Positions 30,436 to 41,175 of a stretch of 64,000 bases of DNA are shown here, piece after piece. How positions within the stretch are numbered: position 1 is the stretch's first letter; the number at the start of each line of letters is the position of its first letter. The notes under the pieces are model-generated. The model made no database searches. It saw only the letters and a list, made by a program, of their open reading frames with translations, and had not been told where the DNA came from. Position numbers and translations under genes: made by a program. Source of the DNA: a virus; the IMG/VR virus record IMGVR_UViG_3300024262_003767; one strand, given 5' to 3'.

Positions 30436-31357
30436 TAGATTCTAAATAAGATTCATATGTCATTTTAATACCTTCTTCTAGAGAATATTTATGTTTCCAA
30501 CCTAAATTGTGTAATTTATCAACATTCAATAATTTTCTTGGTGTACCATCAGGTTTAGTTGTATCATATTTAATTTCACCTTCATAACCAATAACGTTTT
30601 TCATTATTTCAACTAATTCTGTAATCGACACATCTTCACCTGTTCCAATATTTACAATTTCACCATCTTCATATGTTTGCATCAAATAAAAACACGCATC
30701 AGCAACATCATCAACATATAAAAATTCACGTTTTGGTGTTCCTGTTCCCCACATTTCAATAAATGGTGTGTTGTTTATTTTAGCTTCATGAACTTTTCTA
30801 ATTAACGCAGGAAAAACGTGAGATGTTTCTAAATTATAATTATCATTTGGTCCATATAAATTTGTTGGCATCATTGAGATAAATTTAGTGCCATATTGAT
30901 TGTTATAACTTTGGCACATTTTAATTCCTGCAATTTTTGCAGTTGCATAAGCGTCATTAGTTGGTTCTAAGTAACCACTCATCAATTCAGATTCTTCTAT
31001 TGGTTGTTTTGCAAATTTTGGATAAATACAAGAACTACCTAAAAACAACAATTTTTTAACACCAAATACACAAGAATTATGAATTAAATTGTTTTGTATT
31101 TGTAAATTATCATAAATAAATTCTGCTGGATAATCTTTATTTGCCATTATACCACCAACTTTAGCCGCTGCGATAAAAACATAATCTGGTTTTTCTTCTT
31201 CAAAAAATTTTTGAGTATCGATTTGATTTTTTAAATCCAGTTGTGAATGTGTTCTAGTTATTATATTTTCATATCCTTCAGATTGTAATTTTCTAACAAT
31301 TGCACTTCCAACCATACCTCTATGACCTGCAACATAAATTTTATCATATTTATCCAT
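30428..31357 (-). CDS. fcl: GDP-L-fucose synthase (GDP-4-keto-6-deoxymannose epimerase/reductase)
   Basis: [19 protein letters not shown], YxxxK ([12 protein letters not shown]), length 309 aa, colinear with Fcl/WcaG. Confidence 0.85.
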   Translation of the reverse strand: MDKYDKIYVAGHRGMVGSAIVRKLQSEGYENIITRTHSQLDLKNQIDTQKFFEEEKPDYVFIAAAKVGGIMANKDYPAEFIYDNLQIQNNLIHNSCVFGVKKLLFLGSSCIYPKFAKQPIEESELMSGYLEPTNDAYATAKIAGIKMCQSYNNQYGTKFISMMPTNLYGPNDNYNLETSHVFPALIRKVHEAKINNTPFIEMWGTGTPKREFLYVDDVADACFYLMQTYEDGEIVNIGTGEDVSITELVEIMKNVIGYEGEIKYDTTKPDGTPRKLLNVDKLHNLGWKHKYSLEEGIKMTYESYLESIK

Positions 31358-31773
31358 TTAATAATATTATTTTTTTTGAAACTTTTTTATACGCTTAATA
31401 GTTTCTTTAAGATCTTCTTCATAATATAATATTAAAAAGTCAACATCCCTCTCATTAATATTATATCTTTTCATTAAATCATCTATCTCTTCTTTTTTAA
31501 ATTTAGATTTGATTTTTGTGGTTTTATTTATTTTAGTTTGCCAATACCAACCAGGTATATTTGTTGTACTACCAAATATTGCGAACCAAATATCTAATGA
31601 TGATGGTTTATTTATATTTTTATTATTAAAAAATTGTGCTTTTTTTATATCCTTATAGGCGAATTTGCGATTGAGAATAAAAAAATTTCTTTCTTTATCA
31701 TCATCAGTAATAAACCTATATTTATCTTTATCTTTGAAGATGATGTTTCCTAAACTTATAAAATCAATTGCCA

Positions 31774-33954
31774 TTAATAAAATTGTTTAAATATTTTTGA
31801 GATTTTTTCTTTTGTTATTGGTTTTACAATTTGAAAATCTATATTCTTCTCTACCATATCTGTGGTAGATATTGTAATTATAGTTAACTCTTCATCTATT
31901 TGTTTTAATTTTTCTATGAAATCTAGTATATTAATATTTGATAAACTCATATCTATAAATATTGCATCAATATCACCTAATTTTTCTTCAAGTACATCAA
32001 GTGTTTCCTTTGATGATAGTGTCCATTTAATTTTAACATTCATAGATTTTAACATTATACCTAATAATGAATAGTTTTCAGGTATATCTTCTAATACTAT
32101 CACTTTAATATTAGAAAAATCATACACAATTTTATTAACTTGTTTTGTTTGAATATTTTGAACTTCTTGTAATGGAAGAGTAAAAAAGAATGTGCTTCCT
32201 TCTTTTTGAGTTGAATCTACCCATATATTTCCACCAAGTATATTAACTATACTTTTTGCGATAGATAATCCCAATCCTGTACCTTGGTATTGTTTTTTTG
32301 ATGATGCATCAACTTGCATAAATTTATCAAAAACTATTTCTAATTTATCTTCTGGAATACCAATACCAGTATCTTCAACAAAGAATGTTATAATATTGTC
32401 TTTTATTCTTGTACCAATTCTTATATGTCCACTTTCAGTAAATTTAATTGCATTACTAATCAAATTATATAATACCTGTTTTAATCTAAGAAAATCAGAC
32501 ACTATTATTTCATTATCTTCTCGTTTTTCGAAAGTTAATTTTACCGAATCTATATTCTTTCTAATATTTATATCTATAAAAATTTCTTCTAATTCTTCAA
32601 ATAAATCATTGATTGGGAATCGTTCATATAATAGTTCTAAATTTAATTCACCTGCTTCAATTTTAGCATAATCTAATATGTTATTTAATAATTCTTCTAA
32701 ATGTTTTGCATTAGCATTTATAGTTTTAAGAAATTTTTTATTATTGGTAGTATCAAACTTATCATCTAATAATATATCTGAAAAGCCTATAATCGAATTC
32801 ATTGGCGTTCTTATTTCGTGACTCATATTTGCCAAAAATAGTGACTTTAAAAGATCACTTTTTTCTGCTTCTATTTTTGATTTTTCTAATTCTATTTTAA
32901 TATTTTCTTGTTCTGTAATATCTTTACAATGAATTGCAATATACTCCGTTGAGCCATTATCATTTAAAATGGGATATATGTAATTTTCAAAATATTTATT
33001 ATTTATAACATCAATAAAATGTACTGGTTTGCCTGTAAATATTGCTTCAAGTGTTCTTTTTCTTTTGGGTTCTACACTCTCTTTAGGTAAAATCTGTGAT
33101 ATGTTCACTCCTACTAATTCTTCTCTTGTTTTATTAAAATATTTACAACCTCTATCATTTATTGCTAATAACTCACCTACTTTATTTGTTAAATAAGATG
33201 CACTTAATGTTGAATTTATAATATCTAAGTGTTGTCTCTCCTTTATTTTCATATCAGTAATATCTTGAAATATGGTAACAAAACGATGTGAGTTTTGTTT
33301 ATATGCATCAATTAAAAACCATTTCTGAAAAATATATGAATATTTTTCAAAATGTAAAGTCTTATTATCAGTAAATATTTGAGAATATATCCTTATCCAT
33401 TCACTCGAATCTTTATCTAATATTTCAGTTATATTTTTTCCAATAATTTCTGAATCTAAACCTGTGGTTTCGGTGAACGCTTTATTTATTCTAACAAATT
33501 TATAATCAATAGGTTTGCCACTATTATCAAATATCATTTCATGTAGAGAAAATGCTCGACTCATATTATCAATAATCTTTTCAAGTTCTTCACTTTTAAA
33601 AATATAATCTTTACTTATTTGAGATAAATGTTTTTCATCTTGATATACAACATGTACAAAATTTTCCTCACCTCGATAGATATAATTATATCTCCAACGA
33701 TTAAATTTATCGTCTTTATACTCTTTTAATTCGTGTGTCATACATTCTCCACTATCATACACTTTTAATATTTTATCATAAATACCAAAGTCGATTACTT
33801 TAGAAAAAACATCAACCAATTTTTTATCAATAACATCATATTCAATTCTTTCTACCGTATAAAAATTTTCTGATACTTCGTGAAAATATATATCTTCATC
33901 GATAATTTTATATGTGATAGAAACAAAATCAAAAATTTTTTCAAAATTTTTCAT
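31774..33954 (-). CDS. Cytoplasmic hybrid sensor histidine kinase (PAS domains, HisKA, HATPase_c, C-terminal receiver)
   Basis: H-box MSHEIRTPMNSIIGFSDIL; N, G1/G2 boxes (NLISNAIKFT, DTGIGI, GTGLGLSIAKSIV); receiver with VIVLEDIPEN and DAIFIDMSL; no TM segment. Confidence 0.9.
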   Translation of the reverse strand: MKNFEKIFDFVSITYKIIDEDIYFHEVSENFYTVERIEYDVIDKKLVDVFSKVIDFGIYDKILKVYDSGECMTHELKEYKDDKFNRWRYNYIYRGEENFVHVVYQDEKHLSQISKDYIFKSEELEKIIDNMSRAFSLHEMIFDNSGKPIDYKFVRINKAFTETTGLDSEIIGKNITEILDKDSSEWIRIYSQIFTDNKTLHFEKYSYIFQKWFLIDAYKQNSHRFVTIFQDITDMKIKERQHLDIINSTLSASYLTNKVGELLAINDRGCKYFNKTREELVGVNISQILPKESVEPKRKRTLEAIFTGKPVHFIDVINNKYFENYIYPILNDNGSTEYIAIHCKDITEQENIKIELEKSKIEAEKSDLLKSLFLANMSHEIRTPMNSIIGFSDILLDDKFDTTNNKKFLKTINANAKHLEELLNNILDYAKIEAGELNLELLYERFPINDLFEELEEIFIDINIRKNIDSVKLTFEKREDNEIIVSDFLRLKQVLYNLISNAIKFTESGHIRIGTRIKDNIITFFVEDTGIGIPEDKLEIVFDKFMQVDASSKKQYQGTGLGLSIAKSIVNILGGNIWVDSTQKEGSTFFFTLPLQEVQNIQTKQVNKIVYDFSNIKVIVLEDIPENYSLLGIMLKSMNVKIKWTLSSKETLDVLEEKLGDIDAIFIDMSLSNINILDFIEKLKQIDEELTIITISTTDMVEKNIDFQIVKPITKEKISKIFKQFY

Positions 33955-33955
33955 A

Positions 33956-34525
33956 TCATTTTAATTTTTTGAAACAAACTCTACATAAAGGTTTATAACT
34001 TTCATTACCACCAATTTCTATTTGTTCTCCTTCGGTAACTATAATATTATCTTTAAATCTACTATTTACAATGGCTTTTTTGTTTTTACATTCAGAACAT
34101 ATCGTTTTTATTTCTTCTATACTATCTGCCATCGTCATTAAATATTTTGAACCTTCAAATGGTTCCAATCTATAGTCTGATCTTAAACCATAACATATTA
34201 CAGGTATGTTTAATATATCGACAATATCTGACAATTGAAAAATGTGGTCTTTTGTTAAAAATTGTGATTCGTCCACTAAAATAGCCTTTATTTCATATGC
34301 CATTGGTTTAACATATTGGTATATATTTAATTTTTTATCTACAGGAATTGCAGGTTTACTTAAACCTACCCGAGACTTAACCACACCTTCTCCATACCTA
34401 GTATCTAAGGCTGATGTGAAGATTAAAATTTTTTCATTATTCTCTTCATAATTATATGAAACTTTCAGTAAATCAAGGCTTTTACCAGCACCCATGCTGG
34501 AATATCGGAAAAATAATTTTGCCAT
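33956..34525 (-). CDS. tdk: Thymidine kinase (TK1 type)
   Basis: P-loop SSMGAGKS; C-terminal Zn ribbon CSECKNKKA...CRVCF. Confidence 0.9.
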   Translation of the reverse strand: MAKLFFRYSSMGAGKSLDLLKVSYNYEENNEKILIFTSALDTRYGEGVVKSRVGLSKPAIPVDKKLNIYQYVKPMAYEIKAILVDESQFLTKDHIFQLSDIVDILNIPVICYGLRSDYRLEPFEGSKYLMTMADSIEEIKTICSECKNKKAIVNSRFKDNIIVTEGEQIEIGGNESYKPLCRVCFKKLK

Positions 34526-34879
34526 TTTTTTAATTATTTTTTGTAAAAAGTCATTTTATATTCTCATAATTTTATATATACTTTCGATGACTTTAGTTAT
34601 TATAATTCCGAATTTTATAAAGGTTGAATTCTCAGCCTTATTTTTAAAAAATAATCATTCATTATGGAAGATGTTAAAAAATCTAATGGTAATTTACCAT
34701 GGAAGCTTGTATGGGATGCTGAAACAAAAGAAGTTTTGTTTTGCAATAAAATTGATGGGGAATTTGAAACAATCAACGAACTCTTTGAGTCAAAAACGAA
34801 AGTTGATGTTTTTAGAAAAATAGATGAATTGGGACTCAAATATAACCCAAGTATTTTAGAAGAAGAATGGGTATAAAAT

Positions 34880-34912
34880 AAAAAAAGGGAGATGAAAGTC
34901 TCCCTTTTTTTT
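34880..34912. terminator. Bidirectional intrinsic terminator between convergent genes
   Basis: A-run, GGGAGA-tgaaag-TCTCCC hairpin, T-run. Confidence 0.7.
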
Positions 34913-35438
34913 ATTTGTAATATAAGTTGTCAAGTTCTTTCCACATATCAGGATATAAACCTCTAACTTTTAATGCGTACTTAAAGATTGGATATTCTTT
35001 TTTATACATTTGAAATAGAGAATCACCATTTGAGTTTGTTTCAAATGATTTTTTACTATTTCGAGTATTTGCGATTCTATCACAAAGTTTTACAAAAATT
35101 GAAAAATCACAACCCCAAATTTTAGGATATGTTTTGAAGTTTTTTTCTTTTCTATCTAATCCTCTTTCATTTGATACATTGAAGATAATTCTACTTACTC
35201 GTTCATTTGTCCATTGAACAATATCTCTTACTGAAACTTCTGTATCTTCTATTAAATCATGACCCAAACAAGCGTGTTCAACATCTTCTTTATCTTCATC
35301 TTTTAGGTAATACTCATATTCTTTCATCACATCGACTACATCTTGTAGATGTTTTGAATAAGGTGCGGAACCGTAACGTTGTGAGCCTGAAGGTTGGTTG
35401 TGTTTTTCTGTTACAAAGATTTTAAATTTTTCGTTCAT
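34911..35438 (-). CDS. HD-domain phosphohydrolase
   Basis: H...HD metal-ligand motif SKHLQDV....EHACLGHDLIEDT. Confidence 0.6.
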   Translation of the reverse strand: MNEKFKIFVTEKHNQPSGSQRYGSAPYSKHLQDVVDVMKEYEYYLKDEDKEDVEHACLGHDLIEDTEVSVRDIVQWTNERVSRIIFNVSNERGLDRKEKNFKTYPKIWGCDFSIFVKLCDRIANTRNSKKSFETNSNGDSLFQMYKKEYPIFKYALKVRGLYPDMWKELDNLYYK

Positions 35439-35490
35439 AGTTTTTATCTCCTTTCTTTTGCTAAGATAATAAATATTGTTGAATAAAAAA

Positions 35491-35772
35491 TTAAATATTA
35501 AGCTTATTTTTATTCTTGATAGCAGTTTTTAAGAGATACTTCATTAGAGCATCAAATTTAATTCCTTTTTCTTGACATAGTTCTGATGTTTCTTTTAACA
35601 ATTCATCATCCAAATCTAACAAAACAACATTATCACTTTCTACATAAAACTTGGAGAAGTTTCTGAGAACTTCAGACATTGTTTTATTTTTATCATCACA
35701 AGTCTCTTGAAAATACCCATACAACTCTTCTGATATTCTTAATTTTAAAAATTTTTGTTTTTCCATAGACAT
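35491..35772 (-). CDS. Ribbon-helix-helix-like small protein
   Basis: KFLKLRISEELYGYFQETCDDKNKTMSEVLRNFSKFYVE RHH-like pattern. Confidence 0.35.
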   Translation of the reverse strand: MSMEKQKFLKLRISEELYGYFQETCDDKNKTMSEVLRNFSKFYVESDNVVLLDLDDELLKETSELCQEKGIKFDALMKYLLKTAIKNKNKLNI

Positions 35773-36229
35773 ATATATTATAGAAATTGAGGAAAGTTTT
35801 TATAAATAAATTGGATCTCTATATGGATATAATTGATTAAAGAGGTTATTATAAAAATCTAATGACTCTCTTGAAAATATATTATCATAGGAATCTAATA
35901 TAGTATCTGTCACTAATGAAATCATACTACCTTCATACTCATTAATATTAACTACGTATAGTCTATCTTTAAAAGATAATAACCAATAATAATTAACACC
36001 ATCTTCATCAATGTATGGTGTTCCAAATTTTAATTTCATCAAAGCTATTGGTATACCGTGCGGGTTTCTTGTTTTTCTAATTTCATCAGAAGAATCGTAA
36101 AATTTACTTATAAAATAATGTGCGTTTGATATTGGTTCTCTATCATTTTCTTCTAAGAATTTTTTCAATTCATAGTCTGATTTATGTACTTTTTCTATTT
36201 TAGAAAATGTTTTAAGTGAATCTAACATA

Positions 36230-36649
36230 TTATATATATTTTTCTTTTATTATTACAATTTCTCTTGCTTTTGAGTTATGAAATTTTCTGATAAATCTAT
36301 CAAGAGTGCGAACAAAATCATCATTATGGTTTGCTCCTGATTTAAAATGGTAATTGTGTGCGTGTGCGAATTCGTGAACTAATGTACCAACACTTTTGTC
36401 ACAATTTGCAATGGTGACAAAAGGTTTACCTCTCCTTTTACCACCCCAAGAACGATTACAATTTCTGAAATTGATATTCAATTCCATTTGGCATGAACGA
36501 GCCAACCATTTCAGTATTGTTTCAGATTCTTCTTGTGTTACACGAATCTTATTATATTTAAGTAATAACTCATATTCTTTGGTTTTATATGAAACCATAT
36601 GATATTCCCCTGGTATTTTTTCACGATTAGTGTACGTTGTTAATTTCAT
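36230..36649 (-). CDS. SprT-like zinc metallopeptidase domain protein
   Basis: HExxH-type VHEFAHAHNYHF with downstream HNDDF; SprT/Wss1-like. Confidence 0.45.
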   Translation of the reverse strand: MKLTTYTNREKIPGEYHMVSYKTKEYELLLKYNKIRVTQEESETILKWLARSCQMELNINFRNCNRSWGGKRRGKPFVTIANCDKSVGTLVHEFAHAHNYHFKSGANHNDDFVRTLDRFIRKFHNSKAREIVIIKEKYI

Positions 36650-37323
36650 ATTACTTTTGTTCTAAGTTAAATAATCTAAATTCGAGCCATTCTACGTATT
36701 CATATGTGTTTCCAACATATGATAATCCTGTTTCTTTTTTGAATTCTTTTTTAAGTTTATCTGTATAACTCATAATTTCTACCCATTTTTATTTTTTAAA
36801 TAGTTAAACACCAATTATGATACAAAGATATAAATTTAGTTTCGATTAAAAAAATTAATATATAATGATATGATTACCATTTTTAAAATATATGAGACTT
36901 GGAATGATGATACCATAGATAAATCGTTATTTGTTAGTGGTCGTGCTAAACATAATCCTAAAGTAAAAAACGATATAATAGAGTATAAAACTGATAATGG
37001 TAAATATGTAGCAAAGATTAAAAAATTGTCAAATGGTAAGTTTATTTGCAAAGTATATAGAATAAGAGACGATGGTAGTAAAATTAGAATTAGAAAGAAA
37101 GTAAAAAAAACGTTACAAACCGCTCATAATTTTATTAGAGAATTTCTAAATGATAGACTTGAAGGTAAAAAAATTAAAAAATCTAAAAAGAAAGAAAACA
37201 AAAAACAAAAGGATGATGATCCTCTTGATAAATTATTTGTGGATATTGACGAACCTGGGTTTTCAGATTCAGATTTTGATTTTAGCGAACCTAAAAAACC
37301 AAGAAAAACTATAATTAGAAGGT

Positions 37324-38334
37324 TTACTTAATCTTATTTTCTAAAATATTTTCAATATTTTTAAATTGAGTGTAGGCTATTCTCAACATTTTTATATCAT
37401 TTTCCTTACAATATTTATTTTTAATTTTATCATTTTGTTTCGTATATTTTAATCTTTCTTCACCTCCAAAATGTTCAACAGATTTATAATGTTGTATACC
37501 ATCATATTCCACACACATATTAAGTTCAGGTAAATAAAAATCAAAATGTAAAACTTGTTTATTTTTACATCCATTGAAAGTATATTGAGGTTCAAATTTA
37601 ATATTATTTTCTTTCAAATAATTTAATATTATTTCTTCTCCTTTAGATTGTTTACAACCTGGACAACCAACACCTCGCAAAATAGCGTTTGGTGTTATTT
37701 CCCATATATTATCACATTGATTACATTTTATTTTAACTTTATTATTTGCTTTAATATATTTACCTATAACTTCATATTTATCACCATGTACATTAAAAAC
37801 ATCTTTGATAAATTGTTCAGGTGTTTTTCTTTGTTTTTCACCCTTTTCTTTTGCTGAACATTCTGGACATTCACATTTTGTGTGTGATAAATGATACGGT
37901 TTAATTTTCCATATATTTTCACATATTTTACACCTAACCTTTACTTTTGTATTAGCATTAATATAATCTGATAAAAGTTCATACTTATCACCATAGTTAT
38001 TATTAAATTCTTCTTTAAATTTTTCTGGGGTTTTTCTTTGTTTTAAAACTGCACATTGTTTACAACCTCTACCCCTTAATAATGAATTACCGTTAGTTTT
38101 CCATTTATATCCACATTCATTACATCTAACTTCTATTTCTGATTTAGAATTTATGTAAGGTGATAATGTTGTAAATTTATCACCATAATTTTCCTTTAGT
38201 CTTTTTTGAAACCTTTCTTCTGAAAAACTTTTTGGTGCTAATTCGTGTGTTTCCCTATATTTTTCTTTTAGTTTTTTAAGTATTTTTTCTTTATTTTTTA
38301 GATAATATTGTTTATGCCATTCCTTATTATACAT
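37324..38334 (-). CDS. Homing-endonuclease-like protein: three Zn ribbons and a PD-(D/E)xK-like C-terminus
   Basis: Three copies of C.ECGYKWK.....LRG.GC..C; C-terminal VLHFDFYLPELNMCVEYDGIQH. Confidence 0.5.
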   Translation of the reverse strand: MYNKEWHKQYYLKNKEKILKKLKEKYRETHELAPKSFSEERFQKRLKENYGDKFTTLSPYINSKSEIEVRCNECGYKWKTNGNSLLRGRGCKQCAVLKQRKTPEKFKEEFNNNYGDKYELLSDYINANTKVKVRCKICENIWKIKPYHLSHTKCECPECSAKEKGEKQRKTPEQFIKDVFNVHGDKYEVIGKYIKANNKVKIKCNQCDNIWEITPNAILRGVGCPGCKQSKGEEIILNYLKENNIKFEPQYTFNGCKNKQVLHFDFYLPELNMCVEYDGIQHYKSVEHFGGEERLKYTKQNDKIKNKYCKENDIKMLRIAYTQFKNIENILENKIK

Positions 38335-38389
38335 ATAAGTTTTTATTCTTATATATTAAAATAAAATTATGGCTTTTTTCTCCCATCAA

Positions 38390-39280
38390 TCAAAATATAA
38401 GGCTACTTTTCGTTTCCCAACGTGAATATAATTTTCCGTTCTCCCTCAATATCAAATATTTGTATGTATCTTTAACTTCTTCATTCATACAATCATCATC
38501 AACTACGACAGACATTTCATCAATATCGTAAATTGATGCACCAAAAGGAAGTTTACCTAAATATCTACCATTCTTTACAACATATTCAGAAATTTTATCA
38601 TAAAATATTGAAGATGCGTTTTCTTCAATCCATTTATCAATTTCATTGTTTGTTTCTGATTTGTAAAGTTTCCTAAATGTAATCTGATCTGCACCCATTT
38701 CTTTACATTTATTTAAAACTTCATCAACTGAATATTTATCATAATCATCAACAAGATTTAATGATAATCTAAGATTGAAATCATATTTTTTGATAAGAGA
38801 AATAATTTCATTCATATCAAATTTCAATTTATCTTTACATCCAATTATACTCATATTTTTTTCATTATCAAAAACATTAGATATTGAAAGTGAGATTGTT
38901 GTTACTCCAATATTCCTTAAAAATTTAAGGCTTATATCATCTAATAACACACCTGTACTTTGAATTTCAATACTTTTAAAAGGTGTAATCAATTTTGAAT
39001 TTGTCTCAGAAAAGAATTTCAAAAATGGAAAATTTTGTGTTGGTTCACCTGTACCTGTTAATATAACAACATTACAACCATTATCTCTTGCAAATTGTAA
39101 ACGATTAAAATAATCTTTATATTCAATTGTAGTAGTATCTACATCAACCCAAAATTTATCTTTCTTTTTTAAACAATTAGAAACTTTATCACTATAAGGA
39201 TTTGTGTGCGTCCTACTCACACAAAATTTTACACATTTGTTTTTTGTAGGGACAACAATCGATAAACTCTGTATATTCAT
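38390..39280 (-). CDS. Radical-SAM-like protein with an atypical Cys motif
   Basis: CVKFC (CxxxC, third Cys not in the canonical position) and VVILTGTGEPT glycine-rich SAM-motif-like block. Confidence 0.25.
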   Translation of the reverse strand: MNIQSLSIVVPTKNKCVKFCVSRTHTNPYSDKVSNCLKKKDKFWVDVDTTTIEYKDYFNRLQFARDNGCNVVILTGTGEPTQNFPFLKFFSETNSKLITPFKSIEIQSTGVLLDDISLKFLRNIGVTTISLSISNVFDNEKNMSIIGCKDKLKFDMNEIISLIKKYDFNLRLSLNLVDDYDKYSVDEVLNKCKEMGADQITFRKLYKSETNNEIDKWIEENASSIFYDKISEYVVKNGRYLGKLPFGASIYDIDEMSVVVDDDCMNEEVKDTYKYLILRENGKLYSRWETKSSLIF

Positions 39281-39402
39281 TTCTTTGTATTTTAACGTTA
39301 TAATTTTATTTTATATTGCAAATATATAACTTTTATTCAACACAAAAAAGAAATGTGAAATAATTTATATTAATTATTAACAAATAAAAATCAAAAATAT
39401 TT

Positions 39403-39912
39403 ATGAATTGGTATGTAATACGAGTAGTAACTAGTAAAGAAAAGAAAACAAAAGAATTAATTGAAAAAGAATTGGAACTATATAAATTAGATAATAAAGT
39501 GTCTCAAATTTTGGTTCCAAGTAAGAAAGTGATGCAAATGAGAAATGGTAAAAAATATACTATTGAAAAGAATGATTTTCCAGGATATATTCTCATCGAA
39601 ACGGATAAAGTTGATGAACTAGTTTCAACTATTAAAAATGTTTCAAATGTTTTAGGGTTTTTAGGTGTGACTCACCCAGAACCACTAAGGCAAAGAGAGG
39701 TGGAAACAATCGTTGGTAGACAAAATAACACAATAGTTGAAGATAAATATTTTATTGGTGAAGTTGTAAAAGTCACCGACGGTCCTTTTAACTCATTTGT
39801 TGGTGAAATTATTCTAGTGAATGATAAGAAGAAAGCTGTAAAAGTGAACATTAAAGTTTTTGGACGTGATGTTCCAGTAGATTTGACTTATATTCAGATA
39901 GAAAAGAATTAG
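39403..39912 (+). CDS. nusG: Transcription antitermination factor NusG
   Basis: NGN domain MNWYVIRVVTSKEKK; KOW GEVVKVTDGPFNSFVGEIILVNDKKKAVKVNIKVFGRDVPVDL. Confidence 0.9.
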   Translation: MNWYVIRVVTSKEKKTKELIEKELELYKLDNKVSQILVPSKKVMQMRNGKKYTIEKNDFPGYILIETDKVDELVSTIKNVSNVLGFLGVTHPEPLRQREVETIVGRQNNTIVEDKYFIGEVVKVTDGPFNSFVGEIILVNDKKKAVKVNIKVFGRDVPVDLTYIQIEKN

Positions 39913-39930
39913 AACAAAAACTTTTCTAAA

Positions 39931-39960
39931 CAAAAAAAGAGGCTCACGCCTCTTTTTTTG
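39931..39960. terminator. Bidirectional intrinsic terminator between nusG(+) and the S1 gene(-)
   Basis: AAAAAAAGAGGC-tcac-GCCTCTTTTTTT. Confidence 0.75.
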
Positions 39961-39975
39961 TTTAGAAAAAATGGA

Positions 39976-41106
39976 TTATTCCTCTTTTTCTTTAACTAAG
40001 TTAAGATATATCTTTCTATCATCTTTGATAACAGAAATAACCTTAACTTTTACTTGATCACCTTTCGTTAATTTGGCATTATTCTTCACAAGGTATGTGG
40101 TTTGTATTAACCCCATAGTTTCATAGTCAAGTGAAATTAATGCTCCAAAATTTTTCACATCAATTACTTTTCCTGATAATATTTTACCTACTTTAATTTT
40201 ATCCCAAAGAGACTCTTTTAAAGATTGTGTTAGTATAATCTTTTGACTTTTTGTGATTTCCTTAACATAAAAATCAATTGCCATACCAGGTAGGATTTGG
40301 TGCCATCTATCTTGCCACTCAGTATTTATGTTCATTTTATGAATCATACCTGTAAGACAATTATTGAATTGAACAAATACTCCAAATGGTGTTGTTCCAG
40401 TAACTTCGCCTGCATAAACGACATCATTTTTTAGTTTTTTGATCTCTTCTGGTATAAGTGTCTTAAGATATTTTCTTCGTGAAACAACATAAACCCCCTT
40501 TTCTTGTTGCAATGTCTCTAACATCACATTTAGAGTTTCACCAATAATTGATTCAGGATTTGCGAGTTTATTAACATCAGCTAATGTATTTGGCATAAAC
40601 GCATCGATAGTTACATTATCCATATAAATATCAAGCATATAGCCTGCTGGTATTAATTCCTTCACCTTAGCAACAAGTGATAATCTTTCTTCATAATAAG
40701 TTTTCAATTTATTATGAACATTCATTTTAATTAATTCTGTAATAGATCCTCTTATTAAGAATGGATCGTCTTGAATTGATGTTATTAGTACATCAATTTG
40801 TGAACCAGGCTCTAACCCTATCACTAATTTTCCTTTTGGTGTGTCAACATAAATGTAGTCTTTATACCCAAAATCAACAGTTATTTCTGTATCATCTATA
40901 GATACTATCACACCTTTGATTATTTCCCCTTCTCTTACTTCTCTTAAATCAAGAAAAGTTTTTTCCATCATACGATAAAGATTTTGATAATCTTCAGTAA
41001 GATTAGATAAATCACCTTTTACTTTGATTATTTCTCTATCATTAGTTAGAAACGGAAAAGGATCAGGAAGTGATCCTACATTTACGCCTTCGATTAATTT
41101 CGACAT
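39976..41106 (-). CDS. rpsA: Ribosomal protein S1-like (multi-S1-domain RNA-binding protein)
   Basis: Three to four S1 repeats: GEIIKGVIVSIDD, GEVTGTTPFGVFVQF, GKILSGKVIDVKNFGALISLD...KGDQVKVKVISV. Confidence 0.7.
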   Translation of the reverse strand: MSKLIEGVNVGSLPDPFPFLTNDREIIKVKGDLSNLTEDYQNLYRMMEKTFLDLREVREGEIIKGVIVSIDDTEITVDFGYKDYIYVDTPKGKLVIGLEPGSQIDVLITSIQDDPFLIRGSITELIKMNVHNKLKTYYEERLSLVAKVKELIPAGYMLDIYMDNVTIDAFMPNTLADVNKLANPESIIGETLNVMLETLQQEKGVYVVSRRKYLKTLIPEEIKKLKNDVVYAGEVTGTTPFGVFVQFNNCLTGMIHKMNINTEWQDRWHQILPGMAIDFYVKEITKSQKIILTQSLKESLWDKIKVGKILSGKVIDVKNFGALISLDYETMGLIQTTYLVKNNAKLTKGDQVKVKVISVIKDDRKIYLNLVKEKEE

Positions 41107-41175
41107 ACGATTTTTTTTAAGTTAAACATTTATTTTAATTACTCACAATATTATAGAACCATTAAAAATAAAGGT

